IMG/VR virus record: IMGVR_UViG_3300003155_000003
DNA length: 64,000 nucleotides
DNA from: a virus
Reading direction: 5' to 3' (one strand)
The notes below the pieces were generated by a model. The model was not told the origin of the DNA, did no database searches, and saw nothing but the letters and a program-made list of their open reading frames with translations. The position numbers and the translations under genes were made by a program. Positions 53,414 to 62,455 of this stretch are shown in pieces; within the stretch, counting starts at the first letter, position 1, and each line of letters begins with the position of its first letter.

Positions 53414-53929
53414 ATGGCAAACGAAGAAGATATTTTGAATGCTAACAGACTATCATCACTAACTTACATGATAGCTGCTTGCTTAAATTTCTCTATTGAA
53501 AATCTTAACCGACAACTAAGGTTATGTAATTTACAGTTAGTAGGTAGAGATAAGATGTTATTCAATCGGATTAAAACTCAGATAGAGCAATTACAATCTA
53601 ATCTCAATATATTAGAGGATTTGGCTTTTGGAGTTATGAAAGATGAAGAGGCAAGATTAGCCTATGAGGATGCTACCCATATCTATTGGGCTTTGTTTAT
53701 GATACTGGTTGATAGAGGTGGAACCGATAACCTATGCGACTTAAGATTCAAGGCTTTGATTGATAAGATGGCACCTTACAAATCTCTTCTTCATTTGCCT
53801 GGTATGGATGTTGCATATAGATGCGCATTTGCTCAGGTATCAAAAGCCATCCAAGAAGGTAAATATAGTAAAGAGGATTTTAAGAACCTATTACAATATG
53901 AAAACAGAACTGAAGAAACTAAAGGTTAA
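53414..53929 (+). CDS. hypothetical protein
   Basis: A 171-aa helical ORF. Confidence 0.5.
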   Translation: MANEEDILNANRLSSLTYMIAACLNFSIENLNRQLRLCNLQLVGRDKMLFNRIKTQIEQLQSNLNILEDLAFGVMKDEEARLAYEDATHIYWALFMILVDRGGTDNLCDLRFKALIDKMAPYKSLLHLPGMDVAYRCAFAQVSKAIQEGKYSKEDFKNLLQYENRTEETKG

Positions 53930-54317
53930 ATTCGAAGGTAGGATATTAGAAATAGATATCCAAAAAGAATTATCTATAAACGAAAATCTCATCAATTCTC
54001 AGCTACGAGAATCTCCATCTAGTTATTATATATTCTGTTCTTTAAGGGATAAATATATTAAAGAAAGGGATGCACTAGCAAGGGAAAAGGACGAAGCTTA
54101 TTCTTCTGCATGGATTTATATTAAAGAATCTAACGAAAGATTCAATAACGACTACGTATCACATAAAGCAAACGTAAGCCCTAAATATAAATCCATATAT
54201 CAAAGGTATTTGAAGGCAGTAGAAAAGGCTAACAAGTATATTTCAATCTGTAGAGCCTACGAGAGTCGAGAGGGTATACTGAGAACTCTAAATGCCAATC
54301 TTCGTAAGGAGAAATAA
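53898..54317 (+). CDS. possible UvsY-like recombination mediator (start moved to ATG 53898)
   Basis: The 139-aa size is comparable to T4 UvsY. The helical pattern SYYIFCSLRDKYIKERDALAREKDEAYSSAW...ISICRAYESREGILRTL loosely parallels UvsY, and the gene is near the gp32-like and RecA-like genes. Confidence 0.3.
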   Translation: MKTELKKLKVKFEGRILEIDIQKELSINENLINSQLRESPSSYYIFCSLRDKYIKERDALAREKDEAYSSAWIYIKESNERFNNDYVSHKANVSPKYKSIYQRYLKAVEKANKYISICRAYESREGILRTLNANLRKEK

Positions 54318-54356
54318 TAACTATAATCAATTACTAACTTTTAAAATATAAGAAAT

Positions 54357-54743
54357 ATGAACTATTCATTGACTTTCGTATCTGTAGCAGTAGCTCAGAA
54401 ATTTAATGAAGAATTGCCCGGTAGTCCAACAGAGAACCGGGTATTGATTTTATCTCCAAAAGAGGTAAATCAAACAAAATCCGGACTCTTTATTCCGGAA
54501 CAAGTAAAAGAGGGAGTACCTCGTAAGGGAGTAGTAGTAAAATCTGGTATCATCACCGAAGAATATAACACCTATAAGGACTTTGTTGCTATCGGCAGAA
54601 TTGTTACTTATGGTTTATATGCAGGTAAGGAAATGGAATTTGAAACAGACAAGCTTTCTCCCGCATTGCAACAACTTCTGGAAAAGAACACTCTTACAGT
54701 GTTAAGTATGAACGAGGTAATTTATACCGAACCAAACGAGTAA
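54357..54743 (+). CDS. GroES-like co-chaperonin (T4 gp31 functional analogue)
   Basis: ENRVLILSPKEVNQTKSGLFIPEQVKEGVPRKGVVVKSG follows the Cpn10 pattern (drvlv...e.e.kt.gGi.iP......kp..g.VvavG). The ORF is 128 aa. Confidence 0.6.
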   Translation: MNYSLTFVSVAVAQKFNEELPGSPTENRVLILSPKEVNQTKSGLFIPEQVKEGVPRKGVVVKSGIITEEYNTYKDFVAIGRIVTYGLYAGKEMEFETDKLSPALQQLLEKNTLTVLSMNEVIYTEPNE

Positions 54744-54748
54744 TTATC

Positions 54749-55555
54749 ATGATAAAAGACAAAAAGAAAAAGAAAGTATCCTCAGATGGACTTTCTACAA
54801 AAGAAAAGATGCTGGCTAGAAAGAAACAGCTGGAATCAAAAGGTAATGGAGGTGGATTCGTATACCCTAAGGAGGGTACTTTAAGAATGAGAATAAAATC
54901 TCCAGGTGATGACCAGGAATTGGGTATAGAAGTTATTCAATTCTATTTAGGTAAAGATTTGGGTGGAGTTATATCTCCGGCTACTTTTGATGAACCATGT
55001 CCTTTCATGGAGAAATACCAAGAATTGAAAAATTCAAAGGATGAAGATGACAAGGAACTTGCGAAAACTTTAGTACCCAGAAGAAAATATGTATTGGGCG
55101 GTCCAGTATATGTAGACGAAAAAGGTACTAAATTTGATTACGATGGCCAGGATAAGGGAGTTCTTGTTCCACGCTCAGTATATCAGGATGTTATTGACCT
55201 TTACCTTGATGAGGATGAAGCTGGTGATATGACTGATCCGAAAAACGGATATGATATCAAAATCATCCGTTCTGGTTCAGGTAAAATGGATACTACCTAT
55301 TCTGCTCGTGCTTGTAAACCAACTAAGTTGGATAAGAAATACCAAGGTACAGTAGATTTGGAAGGTATAGTTCGTTCTCAAATCAAATCCTACGATGAGC
55401 TTGAGGAAATGCTTGCAAAATTCCTCAATGAAGACCATGGAGATGATGACGACGATGCTCCAAAGAAAAAGAAGAAGAAAAAGGGATTACATCGGGACCA
55501 TTACATGGAAGACGAAAAACCAAAGAAAAAGAGAAAATACAAATCTGATATTTAA
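54749..55555 (+). CDS. T4 gp32-like single-stranded DNA-binding protein
   Basis: Collinear resemblance to gp32: KKQLESKGNGGGFVYPKEGTLRMRI, DEPCPFMEKYQELKN, PRRKYVLGGPVYV and DPKNGYDIKIIRSGSG. The C-terminal tail is acidic then basic, and the gene is directly upstream of the RecA-like gene. Confidence 0.5.
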   Translation: MIKDKKKKKVSSDGLSTKEKMLARKKQLESKGNGGGFVYPKEGTLRMRIKSPGDDQELGIEVIQFYLGKDLGGVISPATFDEPCPFMEKYQELKNSKDEDDKELAKTLVPRRKYVLGGPVYVDEKGTKFDYDGQDKGVLVPRSVYQDVIDLYLDEDEAGDMTDPKNGYDIKIIRSGSGKMDTTYSARACKPTKLDKKYQGTVDLEGIVRSQIKSYDELEEMLAKFLNEDHGDDDDDAPKKKKKKKGLHRDHYMEDEKPKKKRKYKSDI

Positions 55556-55582
55556 GGGTTAGTAAATATGGTTTCATTCGAT

Positions 55583-55624
55583 AAGGTAGTAATTAGATTA
55601 ATTCAGTTACTACCTTATTTAGTT
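55583..55624 (+). terminator. terminator-like hairpin
   Basis: AAGGTAGTAA (55583-55592) pairs perfectly with TTACTACCTT (55607-55616) across a 14-nt loop, followed by ATTTAGTTT. Confidence 0.5.
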
Positions 55625-55639
55625 TAAAGAGATTACATT

Positions 55640-56785
55640 ATGGCAAAGAAAACAAAGGTTGGTTTAAAGGTACCAACGGCAAATGAAATGGCAAAAAAAT
55701 ATGGGAGTATGGTTAAGTTAGCTTCAGAAGTTACTGATACTGATTTATATATACCTTCTACTTTTTTTGCCTTGAACTATTTATTCGGTAAAGGTATTCC
55801 ATACGGTAAAATTGTAGAGATTGCTGGAGAAGAATCCTCTGGTAAATCTTTGGTGGCTTATAACTTTGCTTATTCTACTCAACAACTCGGTGGTCATGTT
55901 ATATGGGTAGATGCAGAACAATCCTGGATGAACTCCTGGGCAGAGATTAATGGAGTAGACCCTGCAAAAGTAACCATTGTTAATGATACTCGTATTGAAT
56001 ATATTGCAGATGTAGTAGCAGACTTAGCAATATATTTACGTTCTCAATTAACCCACAATGAACCGATACTTCTGGTAATCGATTCTATTGCAGCAACCGA
56101 CTGTACGGATAATATTGATGCTAAGATGGTTGATGGTAAAGCTGAGATGGGAGGTAGAGCAAAGGCTCTTTACAAATACTTCCGTATTAGAAGTGAATTA
56201 TTCTACAAACTGGGAGTATCTCAGATTTATATCAATCAGTTAAGAACTGCTTTAAATGTAGGGTTTGGAAAAGATAATACAACAACTACAGGAGGAGCTG
56301 CACTCAAGTTCTATGCTTCAATCAGAGCTGCTTTCTATTCAGGAAAATCTGTTACAATCAAACAGAATGGAAAAGAAAGGAAAGCTGGTAAACTTGTTAC
56401 AATTAGACTTATCAAAAATAAAGTTGCTCCACCAAGACCCACAATTAGCAAATGCCCAGTATATTTCAACCCTAAATTCCATGAGGTTGGTTTTGATAGA
56501 TGCTATGCTTTAGAGGATGTATTGGTAGATACTGATGTAATCGAAAAAACATCTGGTGGATATAAGCTAAAAGGTAAAACTCTTGCAAGAGGAGAAGAGA
56601 AATTCCAAAAGCTTCTGGAAGAAGATGATGAACTTCGTAGAAAACTTTTAAGGAAAGCCGGAGTAAATACTATAGGTACTACTAAAAAACAACTGGAAAG
56701 AATAGAAACAAATCTCTTCCCAGTTGATGGTGTAGAATATGAAAATTATGCAGACTCAGACGAAGAGGAGGAAGACGATGAGTAA
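55640..56785 (+). CDS. RecA/UvsX-family recombinase
   Basis: Walker A GKIVEIAGEESSGKSLVA, Walker B LLVIDSIAA, L1/L2-like region INQLRTALNVGFGKDNTTTTGGAALKFYAS and an acidic C-terminal tail. Confidence 0.85.
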   Translation: MAKKTKVGLKVPTANEMAKKYGSMVKLASEVTDTDLYIPSTFFALNYLFGKGIPYGKIVEIAGEESSGKSLVAYNFAYSTQQLGGHVIWVDAEQSWMNSWAEINGVDPAKVTIVNDTRIEYIADVVADLAIYLRSQLTHNEPILLVIDSIAATDCTDNIDAKMVDGKAEMGGRAKALYKYFRIRSELFYKLGVSQIYINQLRTALNVGFGKDNTTTTGGAALKFYASIRAAFYSGKSVTIKQNGKERKAGKLVTIRLIKNKVAPPRPTISKCPVYFNPKFHEVGFDRCYALEDVLVDTDVIEKTSGGYKLKGKTLARGEEKFQKLLEEDDELRRKLLRKAGVNTIGTTKKQLERIETNLFPVDGVEYENYADSDEEEEDDE

Positions 56786-57650
56786 GAAAACAATATTACT
56801 GGTTGATGGAGAGAACATTCTCCATCAATCCTTTCACAAGTTCGAAAAACTTAAATCTACCGATGGTAAACCAAGTGGAGCAATTTTCGGGTTCTTCAAA
56901 TCATTACATATGTATCTTACAAGGTTTGAACCAGATGATGTAGTAATAACTTTCGACAATGGTCATTCACCGGTAAGAGATAAATTACTTCCCAATTATA
57001 AGGGACACAGAAAAAATATATCCGTAGATTATGAATCATTGCAAAATCAAAAGGCAATAATTATGAAGATATTGGGTATGCTAAGAATTCCTTATATATT
57101 CGATAAAAGGAATAAAACCAAATATGAAGGTGATGATTTCTTAGCATACCTTGTTATTAATACTTATCGGGCAGAAAAGGTAATATTGGTATCATCAGAT
57201 AAGGATTTTAACCAACTCTTAAACAAGAACGTTAGGATACTGAATCCTCGGAAAGATGAAACAATCCGAGTAGATAACTGCAAAGAATTATTCGGTTATC
57301 ATTCACATGAAACTGTACAGTATCTTGCAATGGTAGGTGATACTTCGGACGATATACCTGGGTTTAATGGTATAGGTCCAGTAAAAGCAAGGAAGATATT
57401 AGATGAGTATGGTACTATATATAAGTTCTTAGAAGCTAAACCCAATAAAGAATACTCAGAAGCTTGGGAAAGGAATCGTAAACTTATTGACTTATTCTGG
57501 TTTGTAGGTAATGTACCTTTGGATTCATTGCCCATCAAGAAGAAAAAGGTATTCAAGTATGAGAAATTCAAAGAACTATGTATCGAGTACTCATTAGCAT
57601 CTTTTTTAACAAATGAATTTATAAAACCTTTTAAAAAGTTACAAGAATGA
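56778..57650 (+). CDS. 5'-3' exonuclease / flap endonuclease (T4 RNase H-like); start moved to ATG 56778
   Basis: TILLVDGENILHQSFH (PIN-like N-terminal domain), YEGDDFLAY, VSSDKDFNQL and H3TH GDTSDDIPGFNGIGPVKARKIL. Confidence 0.8.
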   Translation: MSKKTILLVDGENILHQSFHKFEKLKSTDGKPSGAIFGFFKSLHMYLTRFEPDDVVITFDNGHSPVRDKLLPNYKGHRKNISVDYESLQNQKAIIMKILGMLRIPYIFDKRNKTKYEGDDFLAYLVINTYRAEKVILVSSDKDFNQLLNKNVRILNPRKDETIRVDNCKELFGYHSHETVQYLAMVGDTSDDIPGFNGIGPVKARKILDEYGTIYKFLEAKPNKEYSEAWERNRKLIDLFWFVGNVPLDSLPIKKKKVFKYEKFKELCIEYSLASFLTNEFIKPFKKLQE

Positions 57651-58351
57651 AGAACGTAAAGATAATGTATGCAGGTCCAAGTGGAGTTGGAAAGACTACA
57701 CTTGCAGAGTTTACTCCTAAGTTGTATCATTATGGTGTATGTGAAGCTCAACCTATGAGATTCATTTCTGGTAGTGTATCCGAATTGATACCTAAAACCA
57801 AAGATATGACCCATAAGGAGATGTTGGAAAGGAATCCAAAGGATTTACTTCTTGAAGATTATCAGATTCTAAACCTTCGGAATAAGTTATTCAAAGATGA
57901 AGAGGATTTTGTAACAGATAGAAGCTATCTTGATTCGGCAGCTTACTTTTATTACAAACAATCCCAGAATATCCCAAAATGTGAAATGGAACACTTCTTC
58001 GAGATGTGCAAAATGTTACTCAATCAACAATGTACTCATCTAATCATCTTAGACTTCACTACTGCAATGATTAAAGAATGGGTAACAGAGGGTAATAATA
58101 AAAGGATTGAGAACAATTACTTTCAATTCTTGATATCTTCAATCATGGATAATATGCTGAATATTTGGGGATTCATTCCGGTAGAGGAAATTAACGTACT
58201 TTACAGAGGTTGGTTCAAAAGACAACCTCTTGAGTATGGTGCTACTAAAGGTACTATCAAATCTTGTTATGGAGAAACAAAAGTTATTCAGATACGAGAG
58301 GCTAATATAGATATCCGAAAAGAAATTATTCAAAGTTTTATCAATGAGTAA
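57647..58351 (+). CDS. P-loop deoxynucleoside/deoxynucleotide kinase-like protein
   Basis: Walker A MYAGPSGVGKTTLAE and a dNK-like DRSYLDSAAYFYY. The ORF is 234 aa. Confidence 0.5.
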   Translation: MKNVKIMYAGPSGVGKTTLAEFTPKLYHYGVCEAQPMRFISGSVSELIPKTKDMTHKEMLERNPKDLLLEDYQILNLRNKLFKDEEDFVTDRSYLDSAAYFYYKQSQNIPKCEMEHFFEMCKMLLNQQCTHLIILDFTTAMIKEWVTEGNNKRIENNYFQFLISSIMDNMLNIWGFIPVEEINVLYRGWFKRQPLEYGATKGTIKSCYGETKVIQIREANIDIRKEIIQSFINE

Positions 58352-58721
58352 AGAAGTAGTATTTATAGATAATATAAAGGGATATCCCGGGTATCATATT
58401 ACCCGGGATGGTTTATTGTATAGTAGGTACGATAATAAGGGTAGGCTTACTTCTAATACTTGGAAAATTCGTAAGCCTACGATATCTACTAATGGGTATG
58501 TAAAATATGGATTTTGTTTAAGGTTTAGAAAAATAAAAACCCAACTCTATGCCCATAGATTAGTAGCAGAAGCCTATATACCTAACCCCAATAATTTACC
58601 TGTAGTAATGCACCTGGACGATAATCCTAAGAATAATTCTGTAGAGAATCTTAAATGGGGAACTACTTTGGATAATATAAGGGATTGTATTAAGAAGGGT
58701 AGAAAGGTAGTAAGGAAGAAA
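58344..58721 (+). mobile_element. HNH homing-endonuclease module (N-terminal domain of the fusion ORF)
   Basis: It is a paralogue of the free-standing HNH ORFs at 42534 and 50453. It ends with ...NIRDCIKKGRKVVRKK and has no stop codon before the SbcD motif I. Confidence 0.7.
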
Positions 58722-59678
58722 ATAATATCCTATGTTATCTCGGATTTACATATTGGAGAGTATGGTAAATTTACTAGTAGAACTGAAACAGCTTTCCGAG
58801 TGTTAGTAAAGTTATCAAAACTCTGTGTAAAGAATGGAGTTCCCTTATTACACTGTGGAGATTTATTTCATAGTTCTGATAAGATATCTCCGGATTTATT
58901 ATGTAGGGTTATGGAAGTATTTAACAACTTATCTAAAAAAGACTTTATAATACTAACCATTTCAGGTAATCATGGTAGCCCGGTTACTCATAGAATAGGA
59001 GATAGAGAATTTATATCCTATGATAAAGCTATTGTTAAAGCTTTCCCTAACCTTTTCTATTCATTAGATTATGAACACTTTAGGCTAAATTATCATAAAC
59101 ATGTAGTTTATGGGATACCGTATATAGATAATAACCTCGGTTTATCGGAGTACATAAAGGGTATTAAACTTAATCCTAAAAAGAAAAATATTCTTTTATT
59201 ACATACTGATTATCCGGGAGCAAAAGATACCGATGGTAGAGAAATTGGTTCTGTAGAGAATCTTAATGTAAATACCCTAAATAAATTTGATTTGGTGTTA
59301 TGTGGACATATACATAAACCACAAAGATTATCAAAGAAGGTATATATGATAGGAGCCCCTTATCAACAAAGGAGAACTGATAAAGATTGTGATTTGGGAT
59401 ATTGGGAGTTATATTCGGATTTATCTATGAAGTTTATACCCTTGAAGGGTTTTCCAAAATTCATTGATGTAGAATCTGAAGATGAAATTAAGGATGATGG
59501 AAATTATTATACCGTTTTACCTAAGAAAACTAGTAACTTAGTAAATACTAACCATAAAATTACTAAGCAACTTTCTAAGAAAGCTCTAGCAAGGAAGTAT
59601 CTTAAGGAAAAGGGTATAACTGAGCAAGATAAGAAAGAACTACTGATTGACATACTTAAAAAAGCTGAATCATGTTAA
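58344..59678 (+). CDS. sbcD: HNH homing endonuclease fused in frame to SbcD/Mre11-type nuclease (T4 gp47 analogue)
   Basis: Residues 1 to about 120 are the HNH part: IKGYPGYHITRDGLLYS, HRLVAEAYIPNPNN and MHLDDNPKNNSVENLKWGTTLDN. From about residue 127 the sequence is a calcineurin-like phosphoesterase, with motifs VISDLHIGEYG, HCGDLFH, SGNHG, LLLHTDYPG and CGHIHKPQ. Confidence 0.75.
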   Translation: MSKEVVFIDNIKGYPGYHITRDGLLYSRYDNKGRLTSNTWKIRKPTISTNGYVKYGFCLRFRKIKTQLYAHRLVAEAYIPNPNNLPVVMHLDDNPKNNSVENLKWGTTLDNIRDCIKKGRKVVRKKIISYVISDLHIGEYGKFTSRTETAFRVLVKLSKLCVKNGVPLLHCGDLFHSSDKISPDLLCRVMEVFNNLSKKDFIILTISGNHGSPVTHRIGDREFISYDKAIVKAFPNLFYSLDYEHFRLNYHKHVVYGIPYIDNNLGLSEYIKGIKLNPKKKNILLLHTDYPGAKDTDGREIGSVENLNVNTLNKFDLVLCGHIHKPQRLSKKVYMIGAPYQQRRTDKDCDLGYWELYSDLSMKFIPLKGFPKFIDVESEDEIKDDGNYYTVLPKKTSNLVNTNHKITKQLSKKALARKYLKEKGITEQDKKELLIDILKKAESC

Positions 59679-62434
59679 CATTTACAACAATGAACGTAGT
59701 AGGATTCTGTTCAATAGAAAACCTACATATACCTTTAAACCCGAGTTGTACCATACTTATCAAGGCACCTAATGGGAAAGGTAAAGCACAACCTTTAGAA
59801 GAACCCGTTTTAACCGCTAATGGTTGGAAAAAGATGGGGGAATTAACTCTTAATGATAAAGTAATTAACCCAGTTACAGGTAAACCTATCAAGCTATTGG
59901 GTATTTATGATAGAGGTCTATTAGATACTTACAAAATAACCTTTTCTGATGGCTCATGTACTGAATGTGCTGGAGACCATTTATGGTCAGTATTCAAATC
60001 TGGTAAAGCTAAAGACAGACTAAGAACCTTAGATACCGAGACTTTACTAAAGGATTATAAGGTTGAGAATAAAACTGCTCCTGGTACTTTCAAGTATAGA
60101 TACTCAACTCCATTAACCGTACCAATTGATGGTAATTATACTAAATTACCAATACACCCCTACGTATTAGGGTTTATATTAGGCGATGGTTGTATTTCCG
60201 GTAATAGGCCTACAGTTAGAGTATCTACCAATAGAGAGGATTGGCCAGAGATAGTTGATAGATTAAGGTCATATTTGCCAGACCCAAACCTGGTTCATGA
60301 AGGTACAGATGTAAGAGGGGCTAAACACTTTAGGATTCATGGTTTAGGTAAAGAACTTAAGGATTTAGGATTAATTGGTTGTAAGTCTAAAGATAAGTTT
60401 ATACCAGAGTTATATTTGAAATCATCAATCGAGAATCGTAGATTATTATTAGCTGGTTTATTAGATACTGATGGATGTGTTGGTTCCAAAAAGAAAATCT
60501 CAAAGGTTTCTACGTATTCATCTAAGAGTGAGCACTTAAGAGATGGTATTAGCTATTTGGTAAGATCCCTTGGAGGCCTATCTACTAAAAATGAAAGTAC
60601 CCGGTTTAAGTATGGTAGGTATACTACTTCATATGTGTGTTCAATACGACTAACCTTTAACCCTTTTCTAAGGAAATATAAAACTAAATCCTATGGTGAG
60701 TTTACCAGGAGAAATAGAATGGTAAATACCATAAGAAATATTGAATATATAGGGAAAAAGGTATGTAGGTGCATTAAAGTAGATTCTTCAGAAGGCCTAT
60801 ATATTACCAGAGATTTTATAGTTACCCATAATTCAACTATCTTATCGGCATTGGTATGGGCAATATATGGGAAAAACCTAAAAGGTGTATCCGAAGTTAC
60901 TACCTGGGAAAAGATAAGACCTAAAGATTACCAGGGAGTAATGGTAGAGGTATTCTTTCAAAAGGGGGAACATATTTATAAAATTATCAGATGTCAGAAA
61001 TGTAATATAGTTCTTGAGGATGGAGCTAAAGGTAAAGATAGGCTTATCCTTATGAAAGATAATGAGGTAGTGAATATAAAAGGTAAGAATAAACTCCAGG
61101 ATGCTATTAATGCAGAACTTGGATTATCTTACACTTTATTCATGAACTCGATAATGTTTGGTCAAGGGATTAAGAGGTTAATACAAGAATCAAATGCCGA
61201 CAAGAAAAGGATATTTGAGGAAGTATTTGACCTTGAGTTCTTGAATATAGCTAAAGGAATAGCTATGCAGGATAAAAATAACCTGTTAGCTCAAGCAAAC
61301 GAGGCAGAACATCAATCCGAGTTACTTAAAAGGGAATTGGAAGCTAGTAAAGAGGCTTACTTTGATTTACGTGACAGGGAGAAAGGTTTTAAAGAGAAAA
61401 TCAAATCGGAACGTAGAGAGTTAAAGAAAGACAGGGAAAAGCTAACTAAGTTACTGATTGAAAAACAAAAGGCACTTAAGGATGAAGTAGAAAAAAGTCT
61501 TCAGGTAAAGATTAAAAAACATAGTACCTATGTAGATACTCTTAAGTCAAAGCTTAGGGATAATAGAATGGTTGCAGAAGGGGTTTCTTTACCAGATTTT
61601 GTAAAGAAACTTAAGATACAGTTAGATAAAGGCCACTACAAACGTGCAAAGGCGAGCGTAGATATTATTTACAATGCCCTGATTAATTCTGATAAGTTAC
61701 GAGAAGAGTATGAGGATGCTCTAGAAAGGTTAGGTGAGTTGAGGACTACAAATGAGAAGTATAAGAGACTTCAAAAAGACTGTGAAGACATTGCTTCAGA
61801 TATTGCATCTATTGACGAGGATTTGGAAAAGCTCAAACGAGAGAAGCTTAAGGTTATGTCTCCTAAGTATAAAGAGAAACTTAAGGAAATTAGAAAGAAT
61901 CTTCGTAAGGTAGATGAGGATTACCATAATAAGGAGTTAGAATTAAAAAACTACGATTGGTTACTTAATGACCCACTTGGTAATAATGGAATCAAGGCTT
62001 ATCTGTTTGATTCATCTCTGGGTATGTTAAATAGAACACTTGATAAATATTCTCAAGTATTGGGATTCAGGATTGAATTTGGTATAGATTTGGGTACTAT
62101 TAGAAAAGACTTTTATACTTTAATTGAAAGGGATGGGCAAATTATTGATTATGATGAACTATCGGGAGGAGAACGACAACTTTGTAATGTAGCAATGGCT
62201 TTTGCTATGAACGAATCTCTAACTGCTTCCAAAGGGATTAATCTAGCCTTCTTAGATGAAGTATTTGAATCTTTAAGCTCAGATAATGTAGAGGTGGTTA
62301 CATCCTTAATCAGGCATACTTTTGCAAATAAGACCCTATTTCTAATTACCCATTTAGATTCACTTCCATTATCTAATACTAAAATCCTGCAAGTTGAAAA
62401 GGTGAATGGCCTGAGTAGGTACCAACTACTATAA
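59672..62434 (+). CDS. sbcC: Rad50/SbcC-type ATPase (T4 gp46 analogue) interrupted by an intein
   Basis: The Walker A motif is split (APNGKGK / STILSA). Other motifs are Q-loop IMFGQG, a long coiled coil, signature LSGGERQL, Walker B LAFLDEVFESL and H-loop LFLITHLD. Confidence 0.85.
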   Translation: MLTFTTMNVVGFCSIENLHIPLNPSCTILIKAPNGKGKAQPLEEPVLTANGWKKMGELTLNDKVINPVTGKPIKLLGIYDRGLLDTYKITFSDGSCTECAGDHLWSVFKSGKAKDRLRTLDTETLLKDYKVENKTAPGTFKYRYSTPLTVPIDGNYTKLPIHPYVLGFILGDGCISGNRPTVRVSTNREDWPEIVDRLRSYLPDPNLVHEGTDVRGAKHFRIHGLGKELKDLGLIGCKSKDKFIPELYLKSSIENRRLLLAGLLDTDGCVGSKKKISKVSTYSSKSEHLRDGISYLVRSLGGLSTKNESTRFKYGRYTTSYVCSIRLTFNPFLRKYKTKSYGEFTRRNRMVNTIRNIEYIGKKVCRCIKVDSSEGLYITRDFIVTHNSTILSALVWAIYGKNLKGVSEVTTWEKIRPKDYQGVMVEVFFQKGEHIYKIIRCQKCNIVLEDGAKGKDRLILMKDNEVVNIKGKNKLQDAINAELGLSYTLFMNSIMFGQGIKRLIQESNADKKRIFEEVFDLEFLNIAKGIAMQDKNNLLAQANEAEHQSELLKRELEASKEAYFDLRDREKGFKEKIKSERRELKKDREKLTKLLIEKQKALKDEVEKSLQVKIKKHSTYVDTLKSKLRDNRMVAEGVSLPDFVKKLKIQLDKGHYKRAKASVDIIYNALINSDKLREEYEDALERLGELRTTNEKYKRLQKDCEDIASDIASIDEDLEKLKREKLKVMSPKYKEKLKEIRKNLRKVDEDYHNKELELKNYDWLLNDPLGNNGIKAYLFDSSLGMLNRTLDKYSQVLGFRIEFGIDLGTIRKDFYTLIERDGQIIDYDELSGGERQLCNVAMAFAMNESLTASKGINLAFLDEVFESLSSDNVEVVTSLIRHTFANKTLFLITHLDSLPLSNTKILQVEKVNGLSRYQLL
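59786..60832 (+). mobile_element. intein (349 aa, aa 39-387) with LAGLIDADG homing endonuclease; class-3-like W-C-T signature
   Basis: It starts AQPLEEPVLTANGWKKMGEL. Block B is AGDHLW, the LAGLIDADG motifs are LGFILGDGCISG and LLAGLLDTDGCVG, the block F Cys lies in VCRCIKV, and it ends FIVTHN followed by a Ser at +1. Confidence 0.8.
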
Positions 62435-62455
62435 TGATATAAAATATAATACATC

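Noticed and set aside
57299-57814. A 171-aa minus-strand ORF spanning the junction between the FEN/RNase H and kinase genes.
   Set aside because: It is antisense to two well-supported + strand genes with clear catalytic motifs, so it is most likely a shadow ORF.
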